Shown piece by piece: positions 19,140 to 28,810 of a stretch of DNA of 64,000 nucleotides (the first letter of the stretch is position 1; each line of letters opens with the position of its first letter). The stretch is from a virus. Position numbers and translations under genes: made by a program. Location: IMG/VR virus record IMGVR_UViG_3300022225_001767. The stretch is one strand, 5' to 3'. The notes below the pieces were generated by a model. It was not told the DNA's origin. It did no database searches and worked only from the letters and a program-made list of their open reading frames with translations.

Positions 19140-19850
19140 TTAATCTAATAGCGTTGGTAGATAGCTATCTTTGAGAGCCTTGATGCTTTCATTGCTTCCA
19201 TTAATCCACAAATCTGCACTCGTTTTACCTTGACGCATCTTGTCGATGACTTTTCTCGATGCGGTATCAGAACCATCTGCATCTAAAAGGCGGAGATATA
19301 CGCTCCATTCCTCAAAATTATTGACTCTTTGGGCCACTTCAGAAAAAGGGATGCAAAGCAATGTCAGGTAATGTCCCAGGCCTTCATCTTCGTCATCATA
19401 TTCGGGTTCATCAGAGTAAGCAATGAATCCGCCTAGGTTTTCGGACATCGCCTGTAAGGCGAGGGCCTCTTCTTTGTGTAACGCCAGCGCTTGCGGTTTT
19501 TGTGGCAAAAACGCATAGCCTTCTTCATAGTACACTTCATGCGCCAACGCAATAAACTTCTTGTTGTCGATCAATACACTATAACCTGTCATTACGTTAA
19601 GCTTATCACTTGCCGTACCGATAAGGACATTATCCTCTGCAATGTAAGAGGATTCCTCTTCACTTAAAGGATAAAAGACATAATGACCGTCTTCAATTGT
19701 ATTTGAAAAATCGAGATTGTTGGCTTCCATATAATACTGACTGACGTTTTCAGCATTTTCACAGCAGCTGCTAGTAAGATACACCACCTGCTTTAACGGC
19801 AATCGCCCTCCAGGTTTAATGTCAAAAGGCAACACGTTTGCTGTCTTCAT
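19140..19850 (-). CDS. Hypothetical acidic protein
   Basis: 236-aa ORF. Confidence 0.7.
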   Translation of the reverse strand: MKTANVLPFDIKPGGRLPLKQVVYLTSSCCENAENVSQYYMEANNLDFSNTIEDGHYVFYPLSEEESSYIAEDNVLIGTASDKLNVMTGYSVLIDNKKFIALAHEVYYEEGYAFLPQKPQALALHKEEALALQAMSENLGGFIAYSDEPEYDDEDEGLGHYLTLLCIPFSEVAQRVNNFEEWSVYLRLLDADGSDTASRKVIDKMRQGKTSADLWINGSNESIKALKDSYLPTLLD

Positions 19851-19863
19851 GTGGCCTACACGA

Positions 19864-19884
19864 GTGTTGACCTCATGAATATTA
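19864..19884 (-). promoter_or_regulatory. -10 box plus GTCAACAC motif (no clear -35)
   Basis: TAATAT-7-GTCAACAC(19871-19864); TnpB-associated hairpin lies about 20 nt upstream. Confidence 0.55.
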
Positions 19885-19905
19885 TTAAACCGCTCAAATT
19901 AATGC

Positions 19906-20041
19906 GTTCAAACCTGATCATCAGTTTTGAACCAACGCTTTCGCGCCTGACGTGAGCAGCTACGCCAGTGAAACACACTGCAATTTATGTTCGTTCACCG
20001 TGAGAATAACCGGTGGACCGGTTTTCTCGGGCTGTTTGAAC
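19906..20041 (-). ncRNA. Candidate omegaRNA/right-end structure of the TnpB element
   Basis: Hairpin GTTCAAAC-CTGA-TCA-TCAG-TTTTGAAC (19906-19932) and hairpin GAGAAT-AACCGG-TGGA-CCGGTT-TTCTC (20002-20028) overlapping the ORF 3' end. Confidence 0.5.
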
Positions 20042-21621
20042 AAAGCAGTGTGTTTCTTCACAATTGCTTTCACTTTCCCCCAACGTTGCAGCGGGCCGCC
20101 GTCAATACTCACGGTCTTTGAGCGGGCACTGCAAAGTTGTGTACCAACATTATGTGGCACGGAAAAACGAATGCGATCATGTTTGAGTCCCAGCGTCCGG
20201 CGCGCAATGACTTGCGCGGCGGCCTGATGGGTCGTATTTTGGGTGGAATGGTATTTAAACATTCCGATAATCGATGTCATGGCCGGGTTGACGGCTTTGC
20301 AGGGTAAGCCCTCGCGGTAGCACCGGCGTTCAATCAGCGACAGCGCCATATCGTACGCAAAGGCGGACAGCATCGCTCTGTGATGCTTATTTGCGGTTTC
20401 CTTCATGGCTTGCTTCTTCCTGCTGAAGTCTAGTTTTTCAATCCCGACGCCGACATGGTGTTGCTTGGCAACCTCCACGACACGTTTCACGGCATCGCCG
20501 ATCATCGCCATGCGTTGCCCAGTTGTCAGTCCTTTGGCGGATGCCGGGCAGGGGATATCTTCGACATGTTTTTTGTTACCATCCTGAGTGACGACGCACA
20601 CGGCTAGGTGGTCAGCATTAACATCGACGCCTAAGCAGCCATTTTCGTAGCTTCCTGCTATCTCTTCAGGGGCCGGCTCTTCGACGGTCATCGCCAGTGT
20701 CCAGCCGAATTTATGGCGCATGAAGCGCATGGTTAAGGGTTGACCATACGAAGACAACACTTCATTTTTGGTTTGCGGACGCAACTCACCGGTTTTCCGA
20801 TCTTTCACCCAAGGTGACGAACGGGTCAGCGCTTTCACGTTAGCTGCCCGACGACGCTCATTCTCCGCACAGGCCGCTAATATATTGGACTTTCCGTAGT
20901 TAAAATCGAAACCTGACAGCTCAACTTTACCGCCACCCAGAGCATCTGGTAGGCGCAAAGACAACCTGAACTCACCGTCGTTATCAACGTACAGTTGCGC
21001 GCCCTGATTGCCGCAGGTTTCATCCTTCGAGCCCAGCACCATGAACTGTGATGAACGGGAGCTTTGCCACTCGTCAAGCCATTCAGCATGGTTGTTCAGG
21101 TTATTTTCTTTGAGAAAAAATTGCTTGTTAAACAACTTTTTCGATCCAAAACACATGGCGGGGATCTTGCCGATGTTATCCGCAATTTTCTCAATTTGAG
21201 TAGATAGCCGGGCCCGATACCGGGGTTTTTGGTGCGCTTTGAAACGGACTTTTTGAATTTCAGACGGTACGCCGCCTGTTTTTGACAGCATATTCGCTTG
21301 GTCACGAAGCCGCTCAATGGTTTTTGAGACCGCTTCGATACGCTCTTTTTTATCAACCTGATAAAGCTTATCTAGTTCGCGTTTTGAATCCAGCTTGCCG
21401 GTTAACGTGCGCAGCACCGCATTATATTGCCTAGCGCTGATCTGATATGTGCTGATAAAGTGACGTTTTCGCTCATTGGCCGTCATTTTATCCGCGCAAA
21501 GGCTTGCGTAAAGCTTGCGTTCCACACGCCCGAACAACGCCGCATACGCAGAAAGTGAACTCTCTGTTTCGGCATCAATATCGGCTGACTTGATCAGCGT
21601 GGTGTATGTGGACGTCTGCAT
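19960..21621 (-). mobile_element. tnpB: Solo TnpB-related RuvC protein (IS200/IS605 or IS607 accessory type), no TnpA adjacent
   Basis: RuvC-I GVDVNADH, RuvC-II IEKLDF, VNPAMTS...HQAAAQVIARR; no zinc finger; sequence appears GC-richer than its flanks. Confidence 0.78.
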
Positions 21622-21865
21622 AGTTCAGACTATACACCACAACGTTTTTGATGTGAACGTCTACCGTATAATTTCGCAGAAAAAACCGCCATCAATGTCA
21701 TCACATCACGGCACAGTGTCTGTTCAAAAGTGGTTTCATCGTCGCCATCAAGACGATATCGCCGGTGACCACCGAGCGTCTACGAAAAGATTACCAAAAG
21801 TTCACATTAAAGTTAATTTTTTTTGTTGATTTCTCACACCTACAGTGTCTTATTTTATATTTTTG

Positions 21866-21908
21866 TTGACCGCACCGTCACCACTTGATATTCTGTACAC
21901 GTCAACAC
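21866..21908 (+). promoter_or_regulatory. sigma70 promoter with GTCAACAC leader motif
   Basis: TTGACC-17-TATTCT-6-GTCAACAC(21901-21908), GAGGA, ATG 21924. Confidence 0.75.
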
Positions 21909-21923
21909 GATGAGGATAACAGC

Positions 21924-23345
21924 ATGTACTTCGGCAACAACGTTAGCTACCACAACTTAGGCAAAAAAGACGGTAATCGCCGCATCTGGCTTGAAGGAAT
22001 GGCCTTGCTTCGTGCCGGATTTGCGCCTGGCTCATTTTATGAGGTGTCGCTTGACCCTAGCACTCTTAACGTAGACATGCGCCTCGTTGAAGACAACGAA
22101 GAGAATCGTAAACGTTACGCCAATAAAGAGCTAAGAAAAGTGTCTCGCCGTCAAATGAGCGGGTGGGTAAAACCTATCGTTGACGTATGTAATGCCAGCA
22201 TTACAGCATTATTTGGAGAGCACAGTCGATTTCGTGCATTAAGCTCACCTGGTCTGGTTTCATTTGGCATTCACCCTGACGATTTAAAGAAAGCGCAGCG
22301 CGAAGCACGCCTGATGAAACACCTTAAAGAAAATCGCGTAACGAAAGGTGATGCATTCCTAGGATTTGGCATTTCTCGCCACAGCAACACCGAGGGATTT
22401 CTTCAAGAAGGGGTTAAAACCGAGCAAAAGTGGGCCATTGAAATGGAAGCGCGCTATTTGGATATCGCCACATTGAACGATCCTGCTGCTTATAATGGGA
22501 CGACGCTGTTTTGCGGTACCGTAGAAGAAGTTGAAAAGACGTTACTTGACCCTGTAGATGTGTTTTCATTCTCTATAGCATGCACCAATCACTCCGCACA
22601 AGGCAAAGCAAAAAAACAGATTAAAACCGCTGAGCAAGCGGATGAAGTCACCTCTTTATTCGGCGTAGTATCCATCATTGAGGCTACCAATCCCGCTATA
22701 CTGATCAGCGAAAATGTACCTGATGCGCAGCACTCCGCTACGTATGAACTACTACGAAAAGAGCTTAAGCGTCGAGGCTACCTGTTTAAAGAATACCAAC
22801 TTGCCCAAGCGCAAAGTGGTGCCATTGATATGCGAAAGCGTTACTGGATGGTCGCGTACAGCGAAGGTCTCGCTGTCGACCCCGACGAATTGGTTCCTAT
22901 GGACACGCCACGTATCCATAATACACTTGGTGACATTATGGAACCGGCTGACGATTCAGCGTGGTTTGACAAAGCGCCACTGCTTAAGCGTGACCAACTC
23001 AACAAAGAAAATGGCCGTAACTTTTCGGTGTATTGGGTGGACGAAAATACTGAAAACATGCGCTCTATACTTCGCAATTACACGAAGCATCAGACGTCGC
23101 AACCTCACATTGAAGGCGCACCGAGCGACAAAGAAGGAAAAGGGTATTACCGCCGCTTATCAAAGAGCGAGCATGCGAAAAGCAAGCGTATTCCATCACA
23201 CTTAGCAGATCACTGCTCTGAAACAGTGGCACATGAAGGAATGGGTCAATCCATTGTTTATTTTCATGGTGTTAATGTGGCCAGAATGATGATTCGAAGT
23301 GTCAAGCACGCCATGAACGCGCAGATATCTATGGCATTTAGTTAA
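21924..23345 (+). CDS. C5 cytosine DNA methyltransferase (IncC Dcm-like), atypical motif IV
   Basis: N-terminal GNRRIWLEG domain; FLGFG, IACT (PC reads AC), ENVP, RKRYW, GQS. Confidence 0.8.
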   Translation: MYFGNNVSYHNLGKKDGNRRIWLEGMALLRAGFAPGSFYEVSLDPSTLNVDMRLVEDNEENRKRYANKELRKVSRRQMSGWVKPIVDVCNASITALFGEHSRFRALSSPGLVSFGIHPDDLKKAQREARLMKHLKENRVTKGDAFLGFGISRHSNTEGFLQEGVKTEQKWAIEMEARYLDIATLNDPAAYNGTTLFCGTVEEVEKTLLDPVDVFSFSIACTNHSAQGKAKKQIKTAEQADEVTSLFGVVSIIEATNPAILISENVPDAQHSATYELLRKELKRRGYLFKEYQLAQAQSGAIDMRKRYWMVAYSEGLAVDPDELVPMDTPRIHNTLGDIMEPADDSAWFDKAPLLKRDQLNKENGRNFSVYWVDENTENMRSILRNYTKHQTSQPHIEGAPSDKEGKGYYRRLSKSEHAKSKRIPSHLADHCSETVAHEGMGQSIVYFHGVNVARMMIRSVKHAMNAQISMAFS

Positions 23346-23359
23346 CAAAGAGGTGCACC

Positions 23360-23653
23360 ATGAGATTTATCCTTGCAGGCTTTTTCATTACTTCGCTACT
23401 TTCGCCATCGTTGGTGTCCAGTGAGGCAATTAAACCTATCTCTACTGCATCATTAACCAACATTAAGAAAGAAAGACGCTGTGGGGGGCATGTTGCACAA
23501 AACAAGCTGTTGTGCCTCCATCGTCACGGCAAGCTGGATGCCGTCATCGCACCCACTGATAAAGGCAAACGAGCAATGGTGCTCTATAAAACGGCAACAG
23601 TGCATCTACTTCATGGGGCGTCACTGCCTTCGCCTTATCACGACGACAAATAA
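23360..23653 (+). CDS. Secreted hypothetical protein
   Basis: GAGG RBS, signal-peptide-like N-terminus. Confidence 0.55.
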   Translation: MRFILAGFFITSLLSPSLVSSEAIKPISTASLTNIKKERRCGGHVAQNKLLCLHRHGKLDAVIAPTDKGKRAMVLYKTATVHLLHGASLPSPYHDDK

Positions 23654-23656
23654 ATG

Positions 23657-23700
23657 TTGTTTTTATAGGTTAAGTCTGAGATAATAATTCCCGTCAACAC
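23657..23700 (+). promoter_or_regulatory. sigma70 promoter with GTCAACAC leader motif
   Basis: TTGTTT-17-GATAAT-7-GTCAACAC(23693-23700). Confidence 0.7.
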
Positions 23701-23710
23701 AACTTGGGGA

Positions 23711-24901
23711 ATGATTATGAATATGCTTTCACATCGGCCGATGAACCGTCACCTTGAATTTTTCGCAGGCCATGGCGGTACAGGGTTTGGTCTTTCAGGA
23801 AACTGGCAAACCATTTGGGCCAATGATATCGATCCTGTTAAGGCTGAAGCGTTCTCGTTAAATCACCGTGTAAGCATGCTGTGCAAGTCTATCAGCGACG
23901 TTAGCGCAAACGACATCCCTGATGGCGATCTCATGTCAGCGACGTTTCCATGCACTAACACATCCGCTGCTGGCGATAGAACTGGATTGCTTGGCATCAA
24001 GTCTGGTGTGGTTTATCAGTGGCTGCAACGTCTCACTGAGCGAGGTGGTGCGGCACACTACCCAATGGCAATGCTTGAGAATCCAATGGGGCTCGTGTCT
24101 CGAAATCAGGGCAATGATCTTGCTGATCTTATTCAACGTTTAAATGCACTAGGGTACGCGGTAAACCTTTCTGTCGTTGACGGCAAACATTTTGTCCCAC
24201 AATCTCGACCGCGCATTTTCATTAGTGCTATCGCACATGATGCCGCAGAGAATGTGTACAATCGCATAACAAGCGCGTCTCTACCCTTACATAACAAAGA
24301 ATTGTACCCTAACCCTTTACAGAACTGGATGGCACGTTTCGCTAATGCGCTTTTGCTCGTTGCACCAAGCGACACACCATCGCTTCCTGAACGTCACCTA
24401 CAGTTGGTTGACTGTCTCTCGTTGGATGATAAAAATGATGGCTCGTGGGCGAGTGAAGAAGAAACCAAGAACATCATAGACAACCTTGTTGGGCCTCATC
24501 TGGAGCGCTTTAATAAGATGCTCTGTAGCCCTCATACCATGGTTGCCACTATTGCAAGGCGAGGACGCCAAAAAGCAGATGGGACGCGATTTAACGCGGC
24601 GGAAATTTCTCTCAGTGGGTTATGCCCCGCGCTTCGTCCTTACAAAGGTGGTTCGAGTCGCACATGGGTGCTTGTGGCAGGTCAAGGCCAGTATGCTGTT
24701 AAAGTTATCACGCCTCGTGAAACCGCGAGAATAATGGGGTACCCTGACAGTTACCAATTACCTAAAGATAAAAAAGCCGCCTATCAGTGCACGGGTGATT
24801 CGGTAGTGCCTCAGGCTGTGGCATGGGTTGACGCCAATATACTGCAACCTGTCATCAAGGCGCATTGCAGTCATGGTGATCAGCTTGGCATGCCATTATA
24901 A
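23711..24901 (+). CDS. C5 cytosine DNA methyltransferase
   Basis: FFAGHGG, TFPC, ENP, QSRPRIF, TGDSV. Confidence 0.9.
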   Translation: MIMNMLSHRPMNRHLEFFAGHGGTGFGLSGNWQTIWANDIDPVKAEAFSLNHRVSMLCKSISDVSANDIPDGDLMSATFPCTNTSAAGDRTGLLGIKSGVVYQWLQRLTERGGAAHYPMAMLENPMGLVSRNQGNDLADLIQRLNALGYAVNLSVVDGKHFVPQSRPRIFISAIAHDAAENVYNRITSASLPLHNKELYPNPLQNWMARFANALLLVAPSDTPSLPERHLQLVDCLSLDDKNDGSWASEEETKNIIDNLVGPHLERFNKMLCSPHTMVATIARRGRQKADGTRFNAAEISLSGLCPALRPYKGGSSRTWVLVAGQGQYAVKVITPRETARIMGYPDSYQLPKDKKAAYQCTGDSVVPQAVAWVDANILQPVIKAHCSHGDQLGMPL

Positions 24902-24908
24902 CTTGGCC

Positions 24909-25547
24909 TTACCGGTAACTTTCAACATCGCGTTTTGCTATCATGCGAAACGCGGTTCTCCCCCATAAGGAAAACCATCTTAAACTAATAAAAATGGACA
25001 GCGTTGATAATGCTATCAATGTAAGCCTAACATTACCCTCGTGAACTAAAACTTCATGTGATATAGCCCCCATGCCGCTCAACATATTGGTCGTACTCAA
25101 TAGAATCAACACAAATCTTCCTCTTGCTCTACGTGAAAGAGCAACACATCCTGAACGATATGATTTCTCAGAAAGCGTATTGTTTACCGTGTCCTCGTTG
25201 CCGCCTGTTGAACGGAATGCTTCAAGTACAGATACCCATCGATTCTTCATGGCACGCTCTCCTTTCGACCATCGAAAAGTGTCTGCTAAAGCGGGTGCAA
25301 TAAGTGCGGCGATCATCCAAGAGAAAGTATTGCCCAGGTCTGGCCATTGCGTTAATTCATGATCTAATAAATGAAGGGAAAGCATGGTCGCCGTCATGAT
25401 TAGTATCACGGACATGCCGACACATCTTCGCTCCAGAGACATTCGCTGGTGAAGACGGTTAACTAAACTTGACGGAGAAACTTCAAAGTGTGATTCGTAA
25501 TGTGTCATCGGGCTGTCATCCTTTACAGCATTTCTATGGAGCATCAT
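24909..25547 (-). CDS. Membrane hypothetical protein
   Basis: About four hydrophobic segments. Confidence 0.6.
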   Translation of the reverse strand: MMLHRNAVKDDSPMTHYESHFEVSPSSLVNRLHQRMSLERRCVGMSVILIMTATMLSLHLLDHELTQWPDLGNTFSWMIAALIAPALADTFRWSKGERAMKNRWVSVLEAFRSTGGNEDTVNNTLSEKSYRSGCVALSRRARGRFVLILLSTTNMLSGMGAISHEVLVHEGNVRLTLIALSTLSIFISLRWFSLWGRTAFRMIAKRDVESYR

Positions 25548-25612
25548 GCTCCTGTTATGCTAACAATATAAGCGTAGGTCTTTATACTACTGTTTGCAAT
25601 AGGTGTTCCAAT

Positions 25613-26971
25613 TTAGGCTGCTCTTGCTAGCGGATCAACCAAACTAAATCGTCGCTTATCACTATCACGACGTGACAAGGCTTTCATTGATTCTTGATAC
25701 GTGAAATCCGTTGCTTTTTTGCAGGTTTGTATATCTTTCACTTTCAACGGGGTTGTCAGCTTTAATTTATCTAACGTTTTTATGCGACTCAAGGTTACAT
25801 AAGACAGGCCGGCTTCGTTATAATTCCCACTCAGATCGATTTCAGCTTCATTTAAAGTCATGCCTTGGCTTTTATGCGCAGTGATGGCGTAGCCTAACCT
25901 AACAGGTAATTGCTTAAAGGTTCCTACGGCTTGTTTGGCTAATCCATCGCCATTCGTATTGTATGCAAAATTCTCCCACGTATGGGGAGTAACATGCACC
26001 ACACCACCCCTATCCAACCTAACGTTAATTCCTTTAGGTGTGACACCGACAAGGACACCCAAGTCGCCGTTCTGGAATCGGCGATCGGGGTCGTTCACCA
26101 TCAATAACAAGCGACAGCCACGCTTCAGCACAATGTTATCTTCAACCATTTTTAATTTATTCGGGAAACGCCCTTTTACTTTTCCATGCGCAGTGAAGGC
26201 AGGTGCTTTAACTTTAGCCATAGCACTCGCGTTAATCGCGGACACTTTCTTGTTTGTTTTACATATTTTCAAGGCATCTTCAGACACGAGCCCCAATGCG
26301 CGCGTATTGAAGAAACGAACCACTTTATCTAAATTGTGCCCCATTCTCAGAGACCGCATTACGCGTCGGGTCAGCGGATCGGATTGGCGCACGTATTCAT
26401 TTAGTACATAGGACGTAAAACCGCCCCTTGTATAGGACGATGACTCAAACAAATAGCGTCTATTTTCGTACTGTCGTTTAAACCATCCCTGTTGAGTATC
26501 GCCAGCCAGAACAGGCGGTAATTGGCAAAAATCACCAACTAAGATAACTTGCACACCACCGAAGTATCGACTATTTCCTTTAGCCGCCCGAAACCGTGCT
26601 TCCATTTGCTCAAAAAGATCTATGCGGACCATGCTATCTTCATCAATGAGAATGGCCTTACAGGCAGCCAACCTTTCTCTTGTTGCACGGTTCATGTTGC
26701 GCGCATCTTCAAGGTTTTTTACATCCTTCCCAAACCCCATAAAGCTGGCAAGTGTTTGGCCTTGAATAGGTATGCTGGCAATACCTGTGCTCGCCGTTAT
26801 AACCAGTTCAGGTAAGATTTTTGATAGGAAGTTAATCATGTGCGATTTGCCTACACCACCACCTCCCATGATCAACATGTTTTCACCCGTTAAAGCAGCA
26901 AGCGCGCAAATCTTTTGACCTTCATTTAAGGTCTTGAATTCAGGCAGTCTTTTTACTTCAAATGGCGTCAT
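25613..26971 (-). CDS. PIF1/RecD-like SF1B DNA helicase
   Basis: GGGGVGKS, DEDSM, GDFCQLPPV, VRQ, AITAHKSQGMTL, YVTLSR. Confidence 0.9.
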   Translation of the reverse strand: MTPFEVKRLPEFKTLNEGQKICALAALTGENMLIMGGGGVGKSHMINFLSKILPELVITASTGIASIPIQGQTLASFMGFGKDVKNLEDARNMNRATRERLAACKAILIDEDSMVRIDLFEQMEARFRAAKGNSRYFGGVQVILVGDFCQLPPVLAGDTQQGWFKRQYENRRYLFESSSYTRGGFTSYVLNEYVRQSDPLTRRVMRSLRMGHNLDKVVRFFNTRALGLVSEDALKICKTNKKVSAINASAMAKVKAPAFTAHGKVKGRFPNKLKMVEDNIVLKRGCRLLLMVNDPDRRFQNGDLGVLVGVTPKGINVRLDRGGVVHVTPHTWENFAYNTNGDGLAKQAVGTFKQLPVRLGYAITAHKSQGMTLNEAEIDLSGNYNEAGLSYVTLSRIKTLDKLKLTTPLKVKDIQTCKKATDFTYQESMKALSRRDSDKRRFSLVDPLARAA

Positions 26972-26985
26972 GGTGGTCTCTTGCT

Positions 26986-27028
26986 GTGTTGACCACACAA
27001 CTATACCAAAAAACGCGAGATTTTGAAA
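26986..27028 (-). promoter_or_regulatory. Promoter with GTCAACAC leader motif
   Basis: TTTCAA-17-TATAGT-6-GTCAACAC(26993-26986), ATG 26971. Confidence 0.65.
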
Positions 27029-27034
27029 CAAAAA

Positions 27035-27056
27035 AAGCACCGAAGGTGCTTCTTTT
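27035..27056. terminator. Intrinsic terminator
   Basis: AAGCACC-GAA-GGTGCTT with A/T flanks. Confidence 0.7.
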
Positions 27057-27081
27057 ATTTTATTTCATTTTGTTTTATTGT

Positions 27082-27831
27082 TTAGCACTTTTTGCGACGA
27101 AAAGCGCCTGCCATCATCATCAGTAACCCTGCCGCACCTAATGTTGCCGGAGAAGAAACGTCTGTTGTCGCATCGCTAGGATCATCAATTACATCGTCTG
27201 GCTGATAGGTGTAATACAATGACATCTCGATATTTAAATCTGGCGACTCAAAAAAACCACGTGCACCCGGCGCATTAACTTCCAAAATAGAATATGAACT
27301 GAAATCAATATCAAATGAGCCTGAGTCGATAAAATTATTGTTAAGCGCTGTATTTACCTGAACGTTACTTACGCCACCTGAGAAACGATCCCCGTTCATT
27401 ACATAAGTGTCTGGGCCGTTTCCCCCTACAGACAATGTGGGATCTGCCGCAAGTGTAAAGCTCTCTTGCTTTTCACCCGATACGGTATTAAATATATCGT
27501 TAAAGTTTTCGTCCAAAAAAGGCATATCTGCATCAAGAAATGCGCCGCCACCCAAACGCATAGTGCCTTGCACCTCTTTGTTCGTTTGATTATCGGCACC
27601 GATAAAGCCACCTAAAATTTCAATATTGTAACTAACAAAAACACCTGTCAGTGTACCTAGGTTGATATCAAAGTAGTCAAACGTGAATGGGTCTATGCTG
27701 GCTGACGCTGAGTTGTTACCCGCAGAGCCACTGTAGTTATGCGATTGTACGCCAGTTTGCTCGTCTGCATATGCAGTGCTCGCCAAAAGGGCTGTCGCTA
27801 AAATAAGAGGACGTACTTTACTGTTACGCAT
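27082..27831 (-). CDS. PEP-CTERM-like surface protein (choice-of-anchor-E-like N-terminus)
   Basis: Signal peptide; FDINLGTLTGV; C-terminal DVSSPATLGAAGLLMMMAGAFRRKKC. Confidence 0.75.
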   Translation of the reverse strand: MRNSKVRPLILATALLASTAYADEQTGVQSHNYSGSAGNNSASASIDPFTFDYFDINLGTLTGVFVSYNIEILGGFIGADNQTNKEVQGTMRLGGGAFLDADMPFLDENFNDIFNTVSGEKQESFTLAADPTLSVGGNGPDTYVMNGDRFSGGVSNVQVNTALNNNFIDSGSFDIDFSSYSILEVNAPGARGFFESPDLNIEMSLYYTYQPDDVIDDPSDATTDVSSPATLGAAGLLMMMAGAFRRKKC

Positions 27832-27881
27832 TTTTTATCCTTGGGTTAATTTGTTAATTATCTTGCTATAGGAAGATTTAT

Positions 27882-27951
27882 CCAATAGTCGTGCCAAAAT
27901 TAAACCCCTTCATTTCGTTAACTTACCCAAATAGTGTCAGGTTTTTTTACA
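27882..27951 (-). promoter_or_regulatory. Putative sigma54 promoter with upstream TGT-N11-ACA site
   Basis: Minus-strand TGGCACGACTATTGG (27896-27882) and TGTAAAAAAACCTGACA (27951-27935). Confidence 0.5.
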
Positions 27952-28175
27952 CACACTCACTCACACTACAAAAAAGTGTAAAAACTTATCTTGCTATTGA
28001 AACTTCTATTTTTCAGTGTTATTGTTTCTACAGTGCACCTTTTATCATTCCTCTGATTTTTTGGGTGCACCCCAACGTATTGTGCTTGGACACGCAATAC
28101 TCTCGCCTCTCTTTTTAGGGAGGCTTTTTTTTATCTTCCTATTGCTTTTATATCAATATACCCTATTATTACTAT

Positions 28176-28282
28176 AAGGTAGCCATCCACGGTTACCCAG
28201 CTCCCTCACCAACGTTTCCCCTCGGTGTTCTCTGGTATGTGTTGACAGCTATCATAAAGCATAAGGAAACGGAGGGAGCGCA
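28176..28282 (+). ncRNA. Candidate structured sRNA or leader RNA 1 carrying the anti-GTCAACAC seed
   Basis: TTGCTT-16-TATTAT promoter; 5' hairpin 28178-28197; long stem 28200-28219/28265-28279; loop holds ATGTGTTGAC 28237-28246. Confidence 0.55.
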
Positions 28283-28391
28283 CCTCTTCTATTGAAATCT
28301 CTTCCTATTTATGCCATAATTCATCTTGTCATCACATTGCATCAAGTAGCCCCCTTTATAACAATGAAAGCTGCTTGCCACAGGAGAATTC

Positions 28392-28796
28392 ATGCAGGAC
28401 TGTTTTTCTTTTCTGTCTCATCGTGTAGCGTTGAGGTCAGACGGTACTATATTATTAGAAAATCAATTAACGGGATCGACAATACCTCTGACTCAAGAGT
28501 CGATTGCGACGTGGACCTGCCCCCTTTACCCTGCTCAACGTGAGCGAAAAATCGGGGGGAATATTACGGTAACACATGAGAGCGATAATTATTGCACCCT
28601 GCGAATTGGCGCGCGTTACTATGTTATGCCTTATACACTATTTTGCATACTCAACAAGGCGCTTCTTATTATAAAAGTTTACCCGCTGAGTACACTCAAC
28701 CTAACGTTAAGTAACTTGTTGTATCGACTATCAAAAGGCGCATCGACGTCATCGTTGATACAGACCTCTTCACACGCGCTACCGATAGCCGTATAA
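28392..28796 (+). CDS. Hypothetical protein
   Basis: CAGGAG RBS, 134 aa. Confidence 0.55.
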   Translation: MQDCFSFLSHRVALRSDGTILLENQLTGSTIPLTQESIATWTCPLYPAQRERKIGGNITVTHESDNYCTLRIGARYYVMPYTLFCILNKALLIIKVYPLSTLNLTLSNLLYRLSKGASTSSLIQTSSHALPIAV

Positions 28797-28810
28797 TTTA
28801 AGGAAAATCC

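Noticed and set aside
19960-21621. Cas12 effector
   Set aside because: No repeat-spacer array or cas1/cas2 nearby; motifs fit a TnpB-related subfamily
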